Origin: Anaerolineae bacterium
Lineage (GTDB): Bacteria; Chloroflexota; Anaerolineae; B4-G1; SLSP01
Assembly: GCA_049974845.1 (NCBI GenBank)
Contig: JBNGCP010000006.1
Coordinates: forward strand, 22,386-86,385
Length of the DNA stretch: 64,000 bases
Direction: 5' to 3'
Shown: piece after piece, positions 20,643 through 29,225 of the stretch
Layout of the letters: each line of letters starts with the position of its first letter
How positions within the stretch are numbered: position 1 is the stretch's first letter
Notes under the pieces: model-generated
What the model was told of the DNA's origin: nothing
The model's input: only the letters and a program-made list of their open reading frames with translations
Database searches by the model: none
Made by a program: the position numbers and the translations under genes

Positions 20643-21086
20643 ATGTGCTTTGTCTGCGGTCGAGAGAACCCTGTGGGTCTGCATGTGCAGTTCTATGAGG
20701 ATCCCGAAGCACAGCAGGTCGTCGTACCGTTGGTGATCCCCGACCGCTACCAAGGATATCCGGGCATCGCCCACGGCGGCATCCTGGCCACGCTTCTGGA
20801 TGAGACGGCGGGGCGGGCTTTGATGATGATATCCGAGGACGATCCTTTCTGGGTCACCGCCAAGCTCGAGCTGCGCTATCGGAAACCCACGCCAACGGAG
20901 ACGCCGTTACAGGTCGTGGGATGGGTCGTGAATCGTCGTCGCCGCACCGCCGAGGTAGCAGGCGAGATTCGCCTTGAGGACGGCACCGTCACAGCCGAAG
21001 CGACGGCGTTGGTCGTCTGTCCCTCTGCCGAGACGCTCCAGCAGTGGGAGCAGGAACAGCAGTACTGGCGGGTTGAAGACGCATAA
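20643..21086 (+). CDS. Hotdog-fold thioesterase (PaaI/YbgC-like)
   Basis: The motif GIAHGGILATLLDETAGRA is typical of PaaI-type hotdog thioesterases. Confidence 0.7.
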   Translation: MCFVCGRENPVGLHVQFYEDPEAQQVVVPLVIPDRYQGYPGIAHGGILATLLDETAGRALMMISEDDPFWVTAKLELRYRKPTPTETPLQVVGWVVNRRRRTAEVAGEIRLEDGTVTAEATALVVCPSAETLQQWEQEQQYWRVEDA

Positions 21087-21166
21087 CGCCACACAACACC
21101 CGATCGCGCGTGCTCATGGCGTAGTCACGCCGTCGAATCGGCTGGCGCACAAGAGAGGAGAGCGAG

Positions 21167-22015
21167 ATGTTACGCAATCTTAAGCACTACAGGCGCCCCA
21201 GCTCCATTGAGGACGCTGTGGCGCTGGTTCAGTCCAGCCCAAACGCCGTCTATCTGAGCGGGGGGGCATGGACGGTTGCGCAGGGAGATCCCACCCTTGA
21301 GATGGTCGTCGATCTCCAGGACCTGGGCCTCGACTACATTGAGGCCACCTTGGAGGATATCCGTATCGGCGCTACGGCGTCGCTGCAAGCCGTCATCGAC
21401 CACGCAGACGCCGGCAGTCTCGCGCAGGGACTTCTGAGCTCCGCCATAGGCTACGTGCAATCGCGCAACCTACGGGAACAGGGATCGGTGGGCGGTACCC
21501 TGATCACGGCAGGCCCGGCCGATCCACTGACGACGGCGCTGTTGGTCCTGGATGTGCAAATGTTCTACGCCGACCCGGTCGTGCACAAGGCCCCTTTCAT
21601 GAGCTTCGTCGCCTACCGCAATCGTCTGATCAACACACAGGTCTTGCTCACGGAATTGCGGATCCAGCGACCGCCAGCGCGAAGCGCGACAGCATTCGAG
21701 GTCGTTGGACGCTCGCCAAAGGATAAACCCATCGTCTGCGCTGCGGCGTACATTGAGGTCGATGAGGGTCTCCCGGCAGCCGTGCGCATCGCCGTCGGTG
21801 GCGCGCACGTCCGCCCCACGCGCCTGCACAAGACCGAGCACATGCTGCGGGGACAGCTCCTGAGCCGTGAGCGGGTTGCCCACGCGCTGAAGCCGGCCCT
21901 GGAGGAATTGGAGCCGGTAGCTGACTTCTTGGGCAGTGTCGAATACCGCCTGGCGATGGCTGAGGTCCTGGCACAGCGCGCCATCGTCAAAGCGTGGGAG
22001 GCCGCCCGTATCTGA
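21167..22015 (+). CDS. FAD-binding subunit of a molybdopterin dehydrogenase (CoxM/XdhB-like), orphan
   Basis: It is 282 aa with a CO-dehydrogenase medium-subunit-like FAD-binding pattern (YLSGGAW...LQDLGLDYIE...). No large or small subunit genes are adjacent. Confidence 0.55.
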   Translation: MLRNLKHYRRPSSIEDAVALVQSSPNAVYLSGGAWTVAQGDPTLEMVVDLQDLGLDYIEATLEDIRIGATASLQAVIDHADAGSLAQGLLSSAIGYVQSRNLREQGSVGGTLITAGPADPLTTALLVLDVQMFYADPVVHKAPFMSFVAYRNRLINTQVLLTELRIQRPPARSATAFEVVGRSPKDKPIVCAAAYIEVDEGLPAAVRIAVGGAHVRPTRLHKTEHMLRGQLLSRERVAHALKPALEELEPVADFLGSVEYRLAMAEVLAQRAIVKAWEAARI

Positions 22016-22085
22016 CAACATCCCAGGCCCAACCTGTAGCCCGGGCAGTATAGCGTGAGAACCCAATTACTGTGAGAGAGGTGAT

Positions 22086-22991
22086 ATGACCGAGGAACAG
22101 GAGGAGCGCAAGCCGCTAGGAGAGACCTACGGCGGTCAGGCTGTGATTGAGGGCGTCCTGATGCGTGGCAAGTACAACGCCGCCATTGCTGTGCGGCGAC
22201 CCGACGGCGAGGTGATCGTCAAGCACGAATCCTTGGGAGCCCTATACCACGGGCCGATCAGCAAGATCCCTTTTCTGCGGGGTATCCCGATGCTCTGGGA
22301 TTCGCTGGGGTTGGGGATGCGAGCGCTCTTCTTCTCCGCTGAGATCGTCGGTCAGGAGGAGGATCCGGAGTTCTCGATGTCCGGCGGCCTCGGCTTGGCC
22401 ACCGGCGCGTTCTCCCTGCTCCTGGGGATCGGCCTCTTTATGATCCTTCCGTCATTTATTGCCGGCCTGCTCGTGAAGGAGCGGGCCTTCGCCTTCAATC
22501 TCGTCGAGGGTCTGATACGCCTCATCCTCCTGGTCGGCTACATCGCGGCGATCGGGCGGACCGCGGAGATCCGGCGCGTCTTTGCCTATCATGGGGCTGA
22601 GCACAAGACGATCAACGCTCACGAGGACGGCGCGCCCCTGACGGTCGAAGGGGTACGCCCCTACTCGCGCCAGCACGCGCGATGCGGCACGGCCTTCTTG
22701 TTGACCGTCGTGCTCATCTCGGTGCTCGTCCTGTCGCCCCTGGGGCGTCCCTCGCTCCTCCTTCGCGTGGCCTCGAGACTCGCCTTGCTCCCGGTCATCA
22801 CCGGCATCTCCTACGAAGTGCTGCGTTTTACAGGACGTCATAAGGAGAGCCCCCTGATCCGCGCCCTCATCGCGCCCAATCTGGCTCTGCAACGGTTGAC
22901 CACCCAGGAGCCCGACGACTCGATGATCGAGGTCGCCATCTTGGCCCTAAAGGCTGTGCTCAAGGGCGAACGAGAGGCAGTGCAAGCCTAG
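22086..22991 (+). CDS. DUF1385 (YqhQ-like) membrane-associated protein
   Basis: It has the conserved YHGAEHKTINAHE segment and hydrophobic helices. Confidence 0.6.
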   Translation: MTEEQEERKPLGETYGGQAVIEGVLMRGKYNAAIAVRRPDGEVIVKHESLGALYHGPISKIPFLRGIPMLWDSLGLGMRALFFSAEIVGQEEDPEFSMSGGLGLATGAFSLLLGIGLFMILPSFIAGLLVKERAFAFNLVEGLIRLILLVGYIAAIGRTAEIRRVFAYHGAEHKTINAHEDGAPLTVEGVRPYSRQHARCGTAFLLTVVLISVLVLSPLGRPSLLLRVASRLALLPVITGISYEVLRFTGRHKESPLIRALIAPNLALQRLTTQEPDDSMIEVAILALKAVLKGEREAVQA

Positions 22992-23131
22992 GGCATCCCG
23001 TTCACGAACGATCTGGACCCGCGACGCGTCACGGGCAGACGCAATGGGCCAGGTTGCGCATAGGCTACCCCGCCAAATGGCCCTCCCTACTCCAGACCTG
23101 TCGATTATCATGCCGACAATATCGGATTGGG

Positions 23132-23188
23132 GAGACGCTAGCATACCGCATCGCAGCTTCCATCGCGCTTCGGGTATGCTAGCGTCTC
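23132..23188 (+). terminator. Strong hairpin in long intergenic region (gagacgctagcatacc...ggtatgctagcgtctc)
   Basis: A 16-bp perfect inverted repeat with a ~25-nt loop lies 140 nt after the DUF1385 stop and 270 nt beyond the stop of the minus-strand methyltransferase gene. Confidence 0.4.
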
Positions 23189-23458
23189 GGTCTTTCCCAG
23201 GCCTCTCAGAGCGCAGCTGGCAAGGGATGTGTGTGGGGGTGGAACATCGTGATACCGGATCCGCCCAAGCGACGTGACAGAAAGGCTCTCCTGTACGTAG
23301 AAGAGCTGAAACATCGGATCCTCGCCGATCCAAGCCTCCCCGCTCGCTATGATGGACGTCATTGAGGCTGGGCTCTGGCGCCCGGTCCAACAGGAGCTAG
23401 AAACGCGGGGATTCACCGCCAACAACTTCGTCTGGTGGGCCTTCGACCCCCAGCACGC

Positions 23459-24202
23459 CTAAGGCTTGTGCGCGCGGATGAGAAAGAAGGGCAGGTGCGC
23501 GACCTGCGACCACGGCCCCGAACGAGTAGCGGCAGCACTCCGGATCTCAGCCAACCTCGACCGCTCTTCCACCGTCAGAGGCAGGTCCTCAAGGTAGTCA
23601 AAGCGCGAGAGAGCGGGCGGAAAAAGGGTATCGAAGAGCGAGATGTGCACGCTAAACCCTCGCTCCGCGAGAAGCCCGGGCAGCTTTCGACCGACATAAG
23701 GATCGGCGCCGGCACGCGTCAGCGCGCTGATCCATAGCGGACGGCTGCGGATCTCAGGTGGATGCTCGATCATCCCATCGTAGTCGGGTTCCAGCGCGAC
23801 GAAGGCCCCGCCGGGCTGCAACACGCGCCAGATCTCATCCACCGCGAGGGACAAAGGGCTGACCCACAGCAGGGTCACCTGCGAGAACACCAAATCAAAG
23901 ACCCCATCGGCGACCGGCAGCCGGGTGGCATCCGCGGCAAGCTTCGAGGTCCCCCTGGGACTCTGCCACGATCGCAGCGCCGCAAACGCAAGGTCTAATG
24001 CGACCACCCGCCCCCGCGACCGTCGTCGAAGCTCCGCAGCAACCGTACCGAACCCAGTCCCGAGGTCGAGAACGCGGTTGCGGCGAGCCACGTGGACCCG
24101 CCGCAACAAAACCGACCGAGCCGGCGCAAGCCATTCAGCCTGCTGTGCCATCAGCGCCGGCTCCGGCAGCGCAAAGCTGAGGCCGCTATTCATTCGCGCC
24201 AA
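23459..24202 (-). CDS. Class I SAM-dependent methyltransferase
   Basis: It has the SAM-binding motif I (VLDLGTGFGTV) and motif post-I (VVALDL). It is the last gene of the minus-strand rSAM cluster. Confidence 0.75.
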   Translation of the reverse strand: MARMNSGLSFALPEPALMAQQAEWLAPARSVLLRRVHVARRNRVLDLGTGFGTVAAELRRRSRGRVVALDLAFAALRSWQSPRGTSKLAADATRLPVADGVFDLVFSQVTLLWVSPLSLAVDEIWRVLQPGGAFVALEPDYDGMIEHPPEIRSRPLWISALTRAGADPYVGRKLPGLLAERGFSVHISLFDTLFPPALSRFDYLEDLPLTVEERSRLAEIRSAAATRSGPWSQVAHLPFFLIRAHKP

Positions 24203-24208
24203 CGCACG

Positions 24209-26113
24209 CTAACGTCCGCCCCCCGCGCAGGCGCAGGCACACGCACAACCGGCGCAGGCGCACGCGCAGCTGCTGCGACCACCACCACCGCTCCCGCCGC
24301 TGCTCTTTGAGGCCTTGGACATCGCCTCAAAGACGTCACCGGTGACACGATCGACGCCACTAAGGTCGACGAAACCACCCTTAGCACCGGGGATGTTCAT
24401 CGAGCCAGGCAGAACCGCCGCAGCCATGCTGCCCATCGTCGTCTCCGCCCAACCGGAAAAAGAGGCCGCGACGTCGCCGAAGGAGGTCCGCCCCCCGCCA
24501 CTGGGGCGCGCGGTCGGCGCCCCGCCGCCGGCGCCCGAGGTCACGGGTCCGCCGGTCGGGCGCGCCCACATGGGCCAGTAGTGGTAACCTCCATGCGTCA
24601 AGACCGTCGGGTAATTGTCGTTCATCATAACCCAGGGCAGATACTTATCGAGGTATTGCTCGCGTTCCCGGACCTCACCCATCTGTCTGGCTTGCTCCAT
24701 CGCCCGCGAGATCACGCGTTCGTAGTACTCCCGGGTCTGCGCGAGGTCGAACCCCTCCATCTTGGCAGCGGTGGACGTGATCAGGCCCTCCATCGCGGCG
24801 GTGAAATCAATCTTCTCCACCGGCTTGTTCGGATTGCGCTCCAACTGATCCAGGAAATCTTGCTCGTAGGCGTGAATGACCGTGCCCGCCTGTTGAGCCG
24901 CCGTTTGACGGGCATTGTGGCGCTTCTTCTTCGAGCGTCGCAGGTCGGGATCGTCCCACATCTTGAATGCATCGTTGACCTTCACGGTCAACGGATCCGG
25001 CTTCACGAGCGTCACGATGCCTTTTTCCAGCAGACCAAACATGGCCAGGGTGAGAATCTTGTGGAGCGGCAACTCCAACAGGATGGCAGCCTCAGGTGCC
25101 GTGAGCCCGCGCTTGATACCGCCACCCTCCACCTGGGCGATGGGTGGCAGATAGTCGTGGGGCTTTTTCTTCAGACGGACTTCATTGAAGATGACAAGCG
25201 CAATCAGCACCGGAATAGCTGGCAGCATCAGAATGGGCGCAGCAAAGAAGAGCAGGATCGCGCCGCCCGCGAGGATAGCAAAGACGGTGCAGCCCGTCCC
25301 GCCCGAGAACCGGAAGAAGAGCAAAGCCAGGAGGCCCACATTGATGGCCCCAAGGATGAGCCGGGCGCCGGGATTGTCGGCAAGCCACCGGTTCACCAGT
25401 TCGATCAACGTCATGCGCTCGACGCGTGTCATCACCCGCTGCGGGAAAGACACCCCGACCATGCGCGGCCCTGTGAGGCTGACATCCTCCCATTCCCAGA
25501 GGACAACGGTGTGGCCCTGGAACAAGGCCCTGTCTGTAAAGGGCTCCTGCTGATAAAGGGCTTCCTCCGGTTCCACGCCTTCAGGCAAGTGAACGGCGAT
25601 TGCAAGCTCGCTCGCACCACGAACGGATTCCTCGTCAAACCAGGTGGGCGTGATGCGGAACGAGGCAAAATCTCGGTTCGTCGTGTCCTGATAGACCATA
25701 TCCGGCATCGTGGCCTCGAAGTGGAGCGTCGCCGTCTCACCCGGTGAGATGGCCATTTCGCGCAGGTGAATCTCGACGCCGATGTCGACATACTCGGAGG
25801 TCCGAATATCGTTCAAGGTGACGCCATCGATGCTGGCTGTCATGTTGTCGATAGTGTAGTCCCTGTGCGGCAGACCAATGTCGACAATGTCGATGGGCGA
25901 TCCCTGGTTTTCGAACGTGATGTCATAGACCAACCGGGCCGAGGCATCGGGTTGGACGTAGACCTGCAATTCCATTCTCGGCACAGCGAACACGTAGCTC
26001 TGTGCGCTTGCCGGATGGATGCTCGCCCCCAGCAACACAAGCACGACAAAGAGTGACACTACCAAAGAGAGGCGTTTAGACATATCCGTGTTCACCTCCG
26101 TGCGATGCTCCAT
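24209..26113 (-). CDS. Large membrane protein A, DUF2207-like architecture, with C-terminal Gly-rich/Cys-Ala tail (…GGSGGGGRSSCACACAGCACACACAGGGR)
   Basis: It is 634 aa with a signal/TM, a ~230-aa extracytoplasmic domain, a TM cluster, a ~300-aa cytoplasmic domain (YHYWP) and a Gly-rich segment ending in a 7-Cys alternating Cys-Ala tail. It is a paralog of 26140..27915. Confidence 0.7.
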   Translation of the reverse strand: MEHRTEVNTDMSKRLSLVVSLFVVLVLLGASIHPASAQSYVFAVPRMELQVYVQPDASARLVYDITFENQGSPIDIVDIGLPHRDYTIDNMTASIDGVTLNDIRTSEYVDIGVEIHLREMAISPGETATLHFEATMPDMVYQDTTNRDFASFRITPTWFDEESVRGASELAIAVHLPEGVEPEEALYQQEPFTDRALFQGHTVVLWEWEDVSLTGPRMVGVSFPQRVMTRVERMTLIELVNRWLADNPGARLILGAINVGLLALLFFRFSGGTGCTVFAILAGGAILLFFAAPILMLPAIPVLIALVIFNEVRLKKKPHDYLPPIAQVEGGGIKRGLTAPEAAILLELPLHKILTLAMFGLLEKGIVTLVKPDPLTVKVNDAFKMWDDPDLRRSKKKRHNARQTAAQQAGTVIHAYEQDFLDQLERNPNKPVEKIDFTAAMEGLITSTAAKMEGFDLAQTREYYERVISRAMEQARQMGEVREREQYLDKYLPWVMMNDNYPTVLTHGGYHYWPMWARPTGGPVTSGAGGGAPTARPSGGGRTSFGDVAASFSGWAETTMGSMAAAVLPGSMNIPGAKGGFVDLSGVDRVTGDVFEAMSKASKSSGGSGGGGRSSCACACAGCACACACAGGGR

Positions 26114-26139
26114 CAGAACCCAACGCTATACCCCCGACC

Positions 26140-27915
26140 TCAGCGCCCGCCACCGGCACAGGCACAGGCGCAGGCGCAGCCTGCGCACGCACAGGCACAA
26201 CTGCTCCCCGAGCCTCCCCGCGAGACGGTCACACCAGTGGACGGTTTGCTGAGCGTGGTCGGCAGAATGGCAGCTGCCATCCCGCCCATCGTCGTCTCCG
26301 CCCAGCCGGCAAAGGAAGCCGACACATCACCAAAGGTGGTGGACGGTCGCCCTGATCCACCCGAGACAGCCCCTCCACCGATGCTACTTCCGGCAGTGCT
26401 CACCGTACCGCGAGCTTGTCGCGCCCACACGGGCCAGTAATGGTAACCGCCCAGCCTCAGGGCCGGCCTGTAGTTCGGCCGCATCATGACCCAAGGGAGG
26501 TACTTATCGAGATAGGCCTCACGCTGCTCGATCTCGCCAATGCTCGCAGCCTGCTCCATCGCACGATCGATCACCCGACGATAGTACTCCTGGGTATCGG
26601 AGAGATCGAAACCCTCCATCTTCGCTGCGACGCCGTCGACGAGCTTCTGCATCGGGTTGACGACGGGCAGCTCCTTGACCGGCTTGCCGGGATGGACCTC
26701 GATCAGGTCCAGGAACGGATGCTCGTACTCGTGGATCACGGTGCCCTTCTGTTGGGCCACCTGACGGCGATAGCGCTTCCGGCTCTCCGCGTCCTTTAAT
26801 TCGGGCTTGCCTTCCACCTGAAAGTCGTCGACGACCTCCAGGGTGAGAGGATCTGCATCAGTCTGGCGCACGAGTCCCTTTTCCAGCATTCCAAAGACCA
26901 CCAGCCCCAGCACCTTGGTTAGGGGCAGCTCCAGGACGATCGCGGCTTCCGGAGCCGTAAGTCCGCGCTTGATGCCGCCGCCCTCAACTTGTGCGATCGG
27001 GGGAAGATAGTTGGGTTTGAGGCCGCGGATGACGGCGCGAACGATGACGAAGATAAAGAAGGCGGGAATGGCAACGGGCAGACAGAACATAAGGATCGCC
27101 CCGATCACGGGAAGCACCCCGCCCAACCATCGTCCAAGCAAATCCCAGAAGGTGACCTCAATGACGTTGGTCATGCCACGTCGGGGGAACGAGACGCCCA
27201 CCCGATAGGCCTCCGTCAACCGGATGTCCTCGTACCGCCAGATCGCCACGACTCGCCCCTCATCGTCCAGCACCTTGTCGTCGAAAGGCTCATCCTGGTA
27301 GAGAACCTCGTCGAGCTCGATACTCGGCAGCGTCCTGACCCGAATCTCGACGTCACTCGTGCCCTGCACGAGTTCGCCGTCGAACCAGGTTGGCGTGATC
27401 TGCAGGGAAGCGTTCTCCTCGTTGGTCGTATCGGCATAGACCATCTCAGGCGAGTCAAACTCGAGATGCAGTGTCCCCGTCTCGCCCGCCGGAATAGCGT
27501 ACGGCCCTAGATGGATCTCCACGCCAACGTCGATGTATTCTGAAGGGCGGATGTCCGACACCGGATTGCCGTCGATCGTCGCCACCATCTGATCGACGTC
27601 GTAATCGGCGTTCGGCGTGCCGATATCCACAATGTCGATGGGATCTCCGGAGTTCTCGAACGTGATGTCGTAGACGATGTGGGCGGAGCCATCGGGTTGT
27701 ACAGTTGCACTCAGCAATAGCTCGGGCACGGCGAAGCGGTAAGTCTGCACGTAGGGGCGCGCCAGAACAGTGCCGGCGCCCGAGCCGAGAAGACCCAGGA
27801 GCACAGCCAAGGCCACGACCAGCGCCACAGCCCGCCTTCTGATCGTCGGGGCCACCGTCCTCTCGCGCGTGTCCACCCTTCCGTGGGAGTGTCTATGACC
27901 GGCTGGTCGGGTCAT
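26140..27915 (-). CDS. Large membrane protein B, paralog of A, with identical C-terminal tail SSCACACAGCACACACAGGGR
   Basis: The track ORF extends to 27933, but the probable start is ATG 27915..27913. That ATG overlaps the TGA of the upstream rSAM-like gene by 1 nt. It has the same domain order as protein A; the last 21 aa are identical although encoded by different codons. Confidence 0.7.
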   Translation of the reverse strand: MTRPAGHRHSHGRVDTRERTVAPTIRRRAVALVVALAVLLGLLGSGAGTVLARPYVQTYRFAVPELLLSATVQPDGSAHIVYDITFENSGDPIDIVDIGTPNADYDVDQMVATIDGNPVSDIRPSEYIDVGVEIHLGPYAIPAGETGTLHLEFDSPEMVYADTTNEENASLQITPTWFDGELVQGTSDVEIRVRTLPSIELDEVLYQDEPFDDKVLDDEGRVVAIWRYEDIRLTEAYRVGVSFPRRGMTNVIEVTFWDLLGRWLGGVLPVIGAILMFCLPVAIPAFFIFVIVRAVIRGLKPNYLPPIAQVEGGGIKRGLTAPEAAIVLELPLTKVLGLVVFGMLEKGLVRQTDADPLTLEVVDDFQVEGKPELKDAESRKRYRRQVAQQKGTVIHEYEHPFLDLIEVHPGKPVKELPVVNPMQKLVDGVAAKMEGFDLSDTQEYYRRVIDRAMEQAASIGEIEQREAYLDKYLPWVMMRPNYRPALRLGGYHYWPVWARQARGTVSTAGSSIGGGAVSGGSGRPSTTFGDVSASFAGWAETTMGGMAAAILPTTLSKPSTGVTVSRGGSGSSCACACAGCACACACAGGGR

Positions 27916-29222
27916 CACCCACCTCGGGCCCATCCTTCTGGATCACGCGGGCACGCAGCCGCGCAAATGGCAAGGCCAGGGCAGACCTCGCAGCGGGTCG
28001 GCGCCTCCACGCGCTCGCGATAGTCGCGAAAGACCGCGTCGTTCCAGATCGTGTCCCATGAGTCCCGCAGAAGGTTACCCGCACTCCGGTAGGGCCCACG
28101 GGGTGGGATGACCTCACCGGTGGGCTCGATGCGGACGGCCACGTCCCCAGAGCATCGCGGCCCCTGCAGAATCTGGTCCATCAACGACCTGTTTGGATCC
28201 CTTTCCACCGGCGGATCCCAGATGAACCGTGCGTTGGCCATATCAGCGGTCTCCTCGACGGTCGCAGCCACCTGAGCCATGCCCTCGCGGCTGAAGATAC
28301 CCTCGGCCCGCGCGAGCTGTGGATCCGTCGTCGGATAAGCGATAAAGGAGAGATTGTCAGCGCCATTCGCGATGAGCACGTCCACCGTCGCGTTGATGCG
28401 ATCGAGCGTCGCCTGGACCAAGGGGATCTCGGCCACCGCCGCGATCTGATAAGTCTCCAGCCAATCGAGCACGCTCTGTGCCATAAGGAAATCGCCCTCG
28501 CCGCAGAGGCTATCGTGAATCTCTTGGTCGGCCGCAGCATAGAGGAAGGTCACGTGGTCGACGCCGGTCTGACGAAGGTCGGGCAGGAATCCTTCCACGG
28601 CCAAGGTTGTCGCACGTCCCCTGACACCGGCGATCATGCCCAGATCTTCCGCTCGCTCCACAACCCTTAGCACATCGGTCGGCTCACAGCCGTATGGGAC
28701 GAGGATCGTCACGTGCGGGATCCCCACTTCCCAAAGGCGGTCGAGAATGGGTATAATCACCTTCGGCTCCACCAGTGGCACCGTCGCCTGCAGCGGAGCG
28801 ATGAGCTCGGCAGCATAGGGGGAGAGCGAGGCATCCTCCAGATTGAAGACCGGATACGTATCACCGGGCGCCCTAAGTCGCTCAATGAGAGCGTGCACCT
28901 TCGCGATGTCCCCGCGTACGATCTCCTCCTTGGCGCCGGAGAAGTGCGCTCTCAACCTCTCAACGATCTCGTCGGGGGTTCGGCCCTCAAGCAGGCCCTT
29001 GGCAATGACCACACCCGACGCCGTCAAACGAGCGGCAGCCATCGCGTTGGCGATCAGCATCCCGCTGCCATCCTTCTCCACCCGCAGGTGGAATCGGGCA
29101 AACGCGTCGTCGGTCTCCTGCATCACGTGATAGAGCCCGGGCTCTACGGGCGCGGTGGGTTCGGCGCGCTCAAAGGACAGCAAGCGCTTCAACCAGTCCT
29201 GGGCCATAGACGACCTCCTCAC
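27915..29222 (-). CDS. Degenerate radical-SAM/SPASM-like protein (CxxxCxxC lost, SPASM Cys cluster retained)
   Basis: It is 435 aa and aligns along its length with the 30581..32086 rSAM protein (PGLY...RV.EDGSG N-domain, IPHVTIL core). Where the paralog has YACNNACPHC it has no Cys triad. It retains the C-terminal GPRCSGD...CEVCPGLAICAAACP cluster. Confidence 0.65.
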   Translation of the reverse strand: MRRSSMAQDWLKRLLSFERAEPTAPVEPGLYHVMQETDDAFARFHLRVEKDGSGMLIANAMAAARLTASGVVIAKGLLEGRTPDEIVERLRAHFSGAKEEIVRGDIAKVHALIERLRAPGDTYPVFNLEDASLSPYAAELIAPLQATVPLVEPKVIIPILDRLWEVGIPHVTILVPYGCEPTDVLRVVERAEDLGMIAGVRGRATTLAVEGFLPDLRQTGVDHVTFLYAAADQEIHDSLCGEGDFLMAQSVLDWLETYQIAAVAEIPLVQATLDRINATVDVLIANGADNLSFIAYPTTDPQLARAEGIFSREGMAQVAATVEETADMANARFIWDPPVERDPNRSLMDQILQGPRCSGDVAVRIEPTGEVIPPRGPYRSAGNLLRDSWDTIWNDAVFRDYRERVEAPTRCEVCPGLAICAAACPRDPEGWARGG

Positions 29223-29225
29223 AAC

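Noticed and set aside
24581-25747. A 388-aa plus-strand ORF antisense to tail protein A, plus many other 60-240-aa antisense or overlapping ORFs across the window
   Set aside because: These are typical high-GC shadow ORFs. They have Arg/Pro/Gly-rich composition, no homology, and are fully embedded in well-supported genes on the other strand or frame.
24209-26230. GC-rich low-complexity DNA (gcacaggcgcaggc…) as a possible tandem repeat, CRISPR or microsatellite
   Set aside because: It is coding: it encodes the Cys-Ala-Gly tails. It is short (~50 bp), not arrayed with spacers, and the two copies are synonymous-divergent. No CRISPR array is present anywhere in the window.
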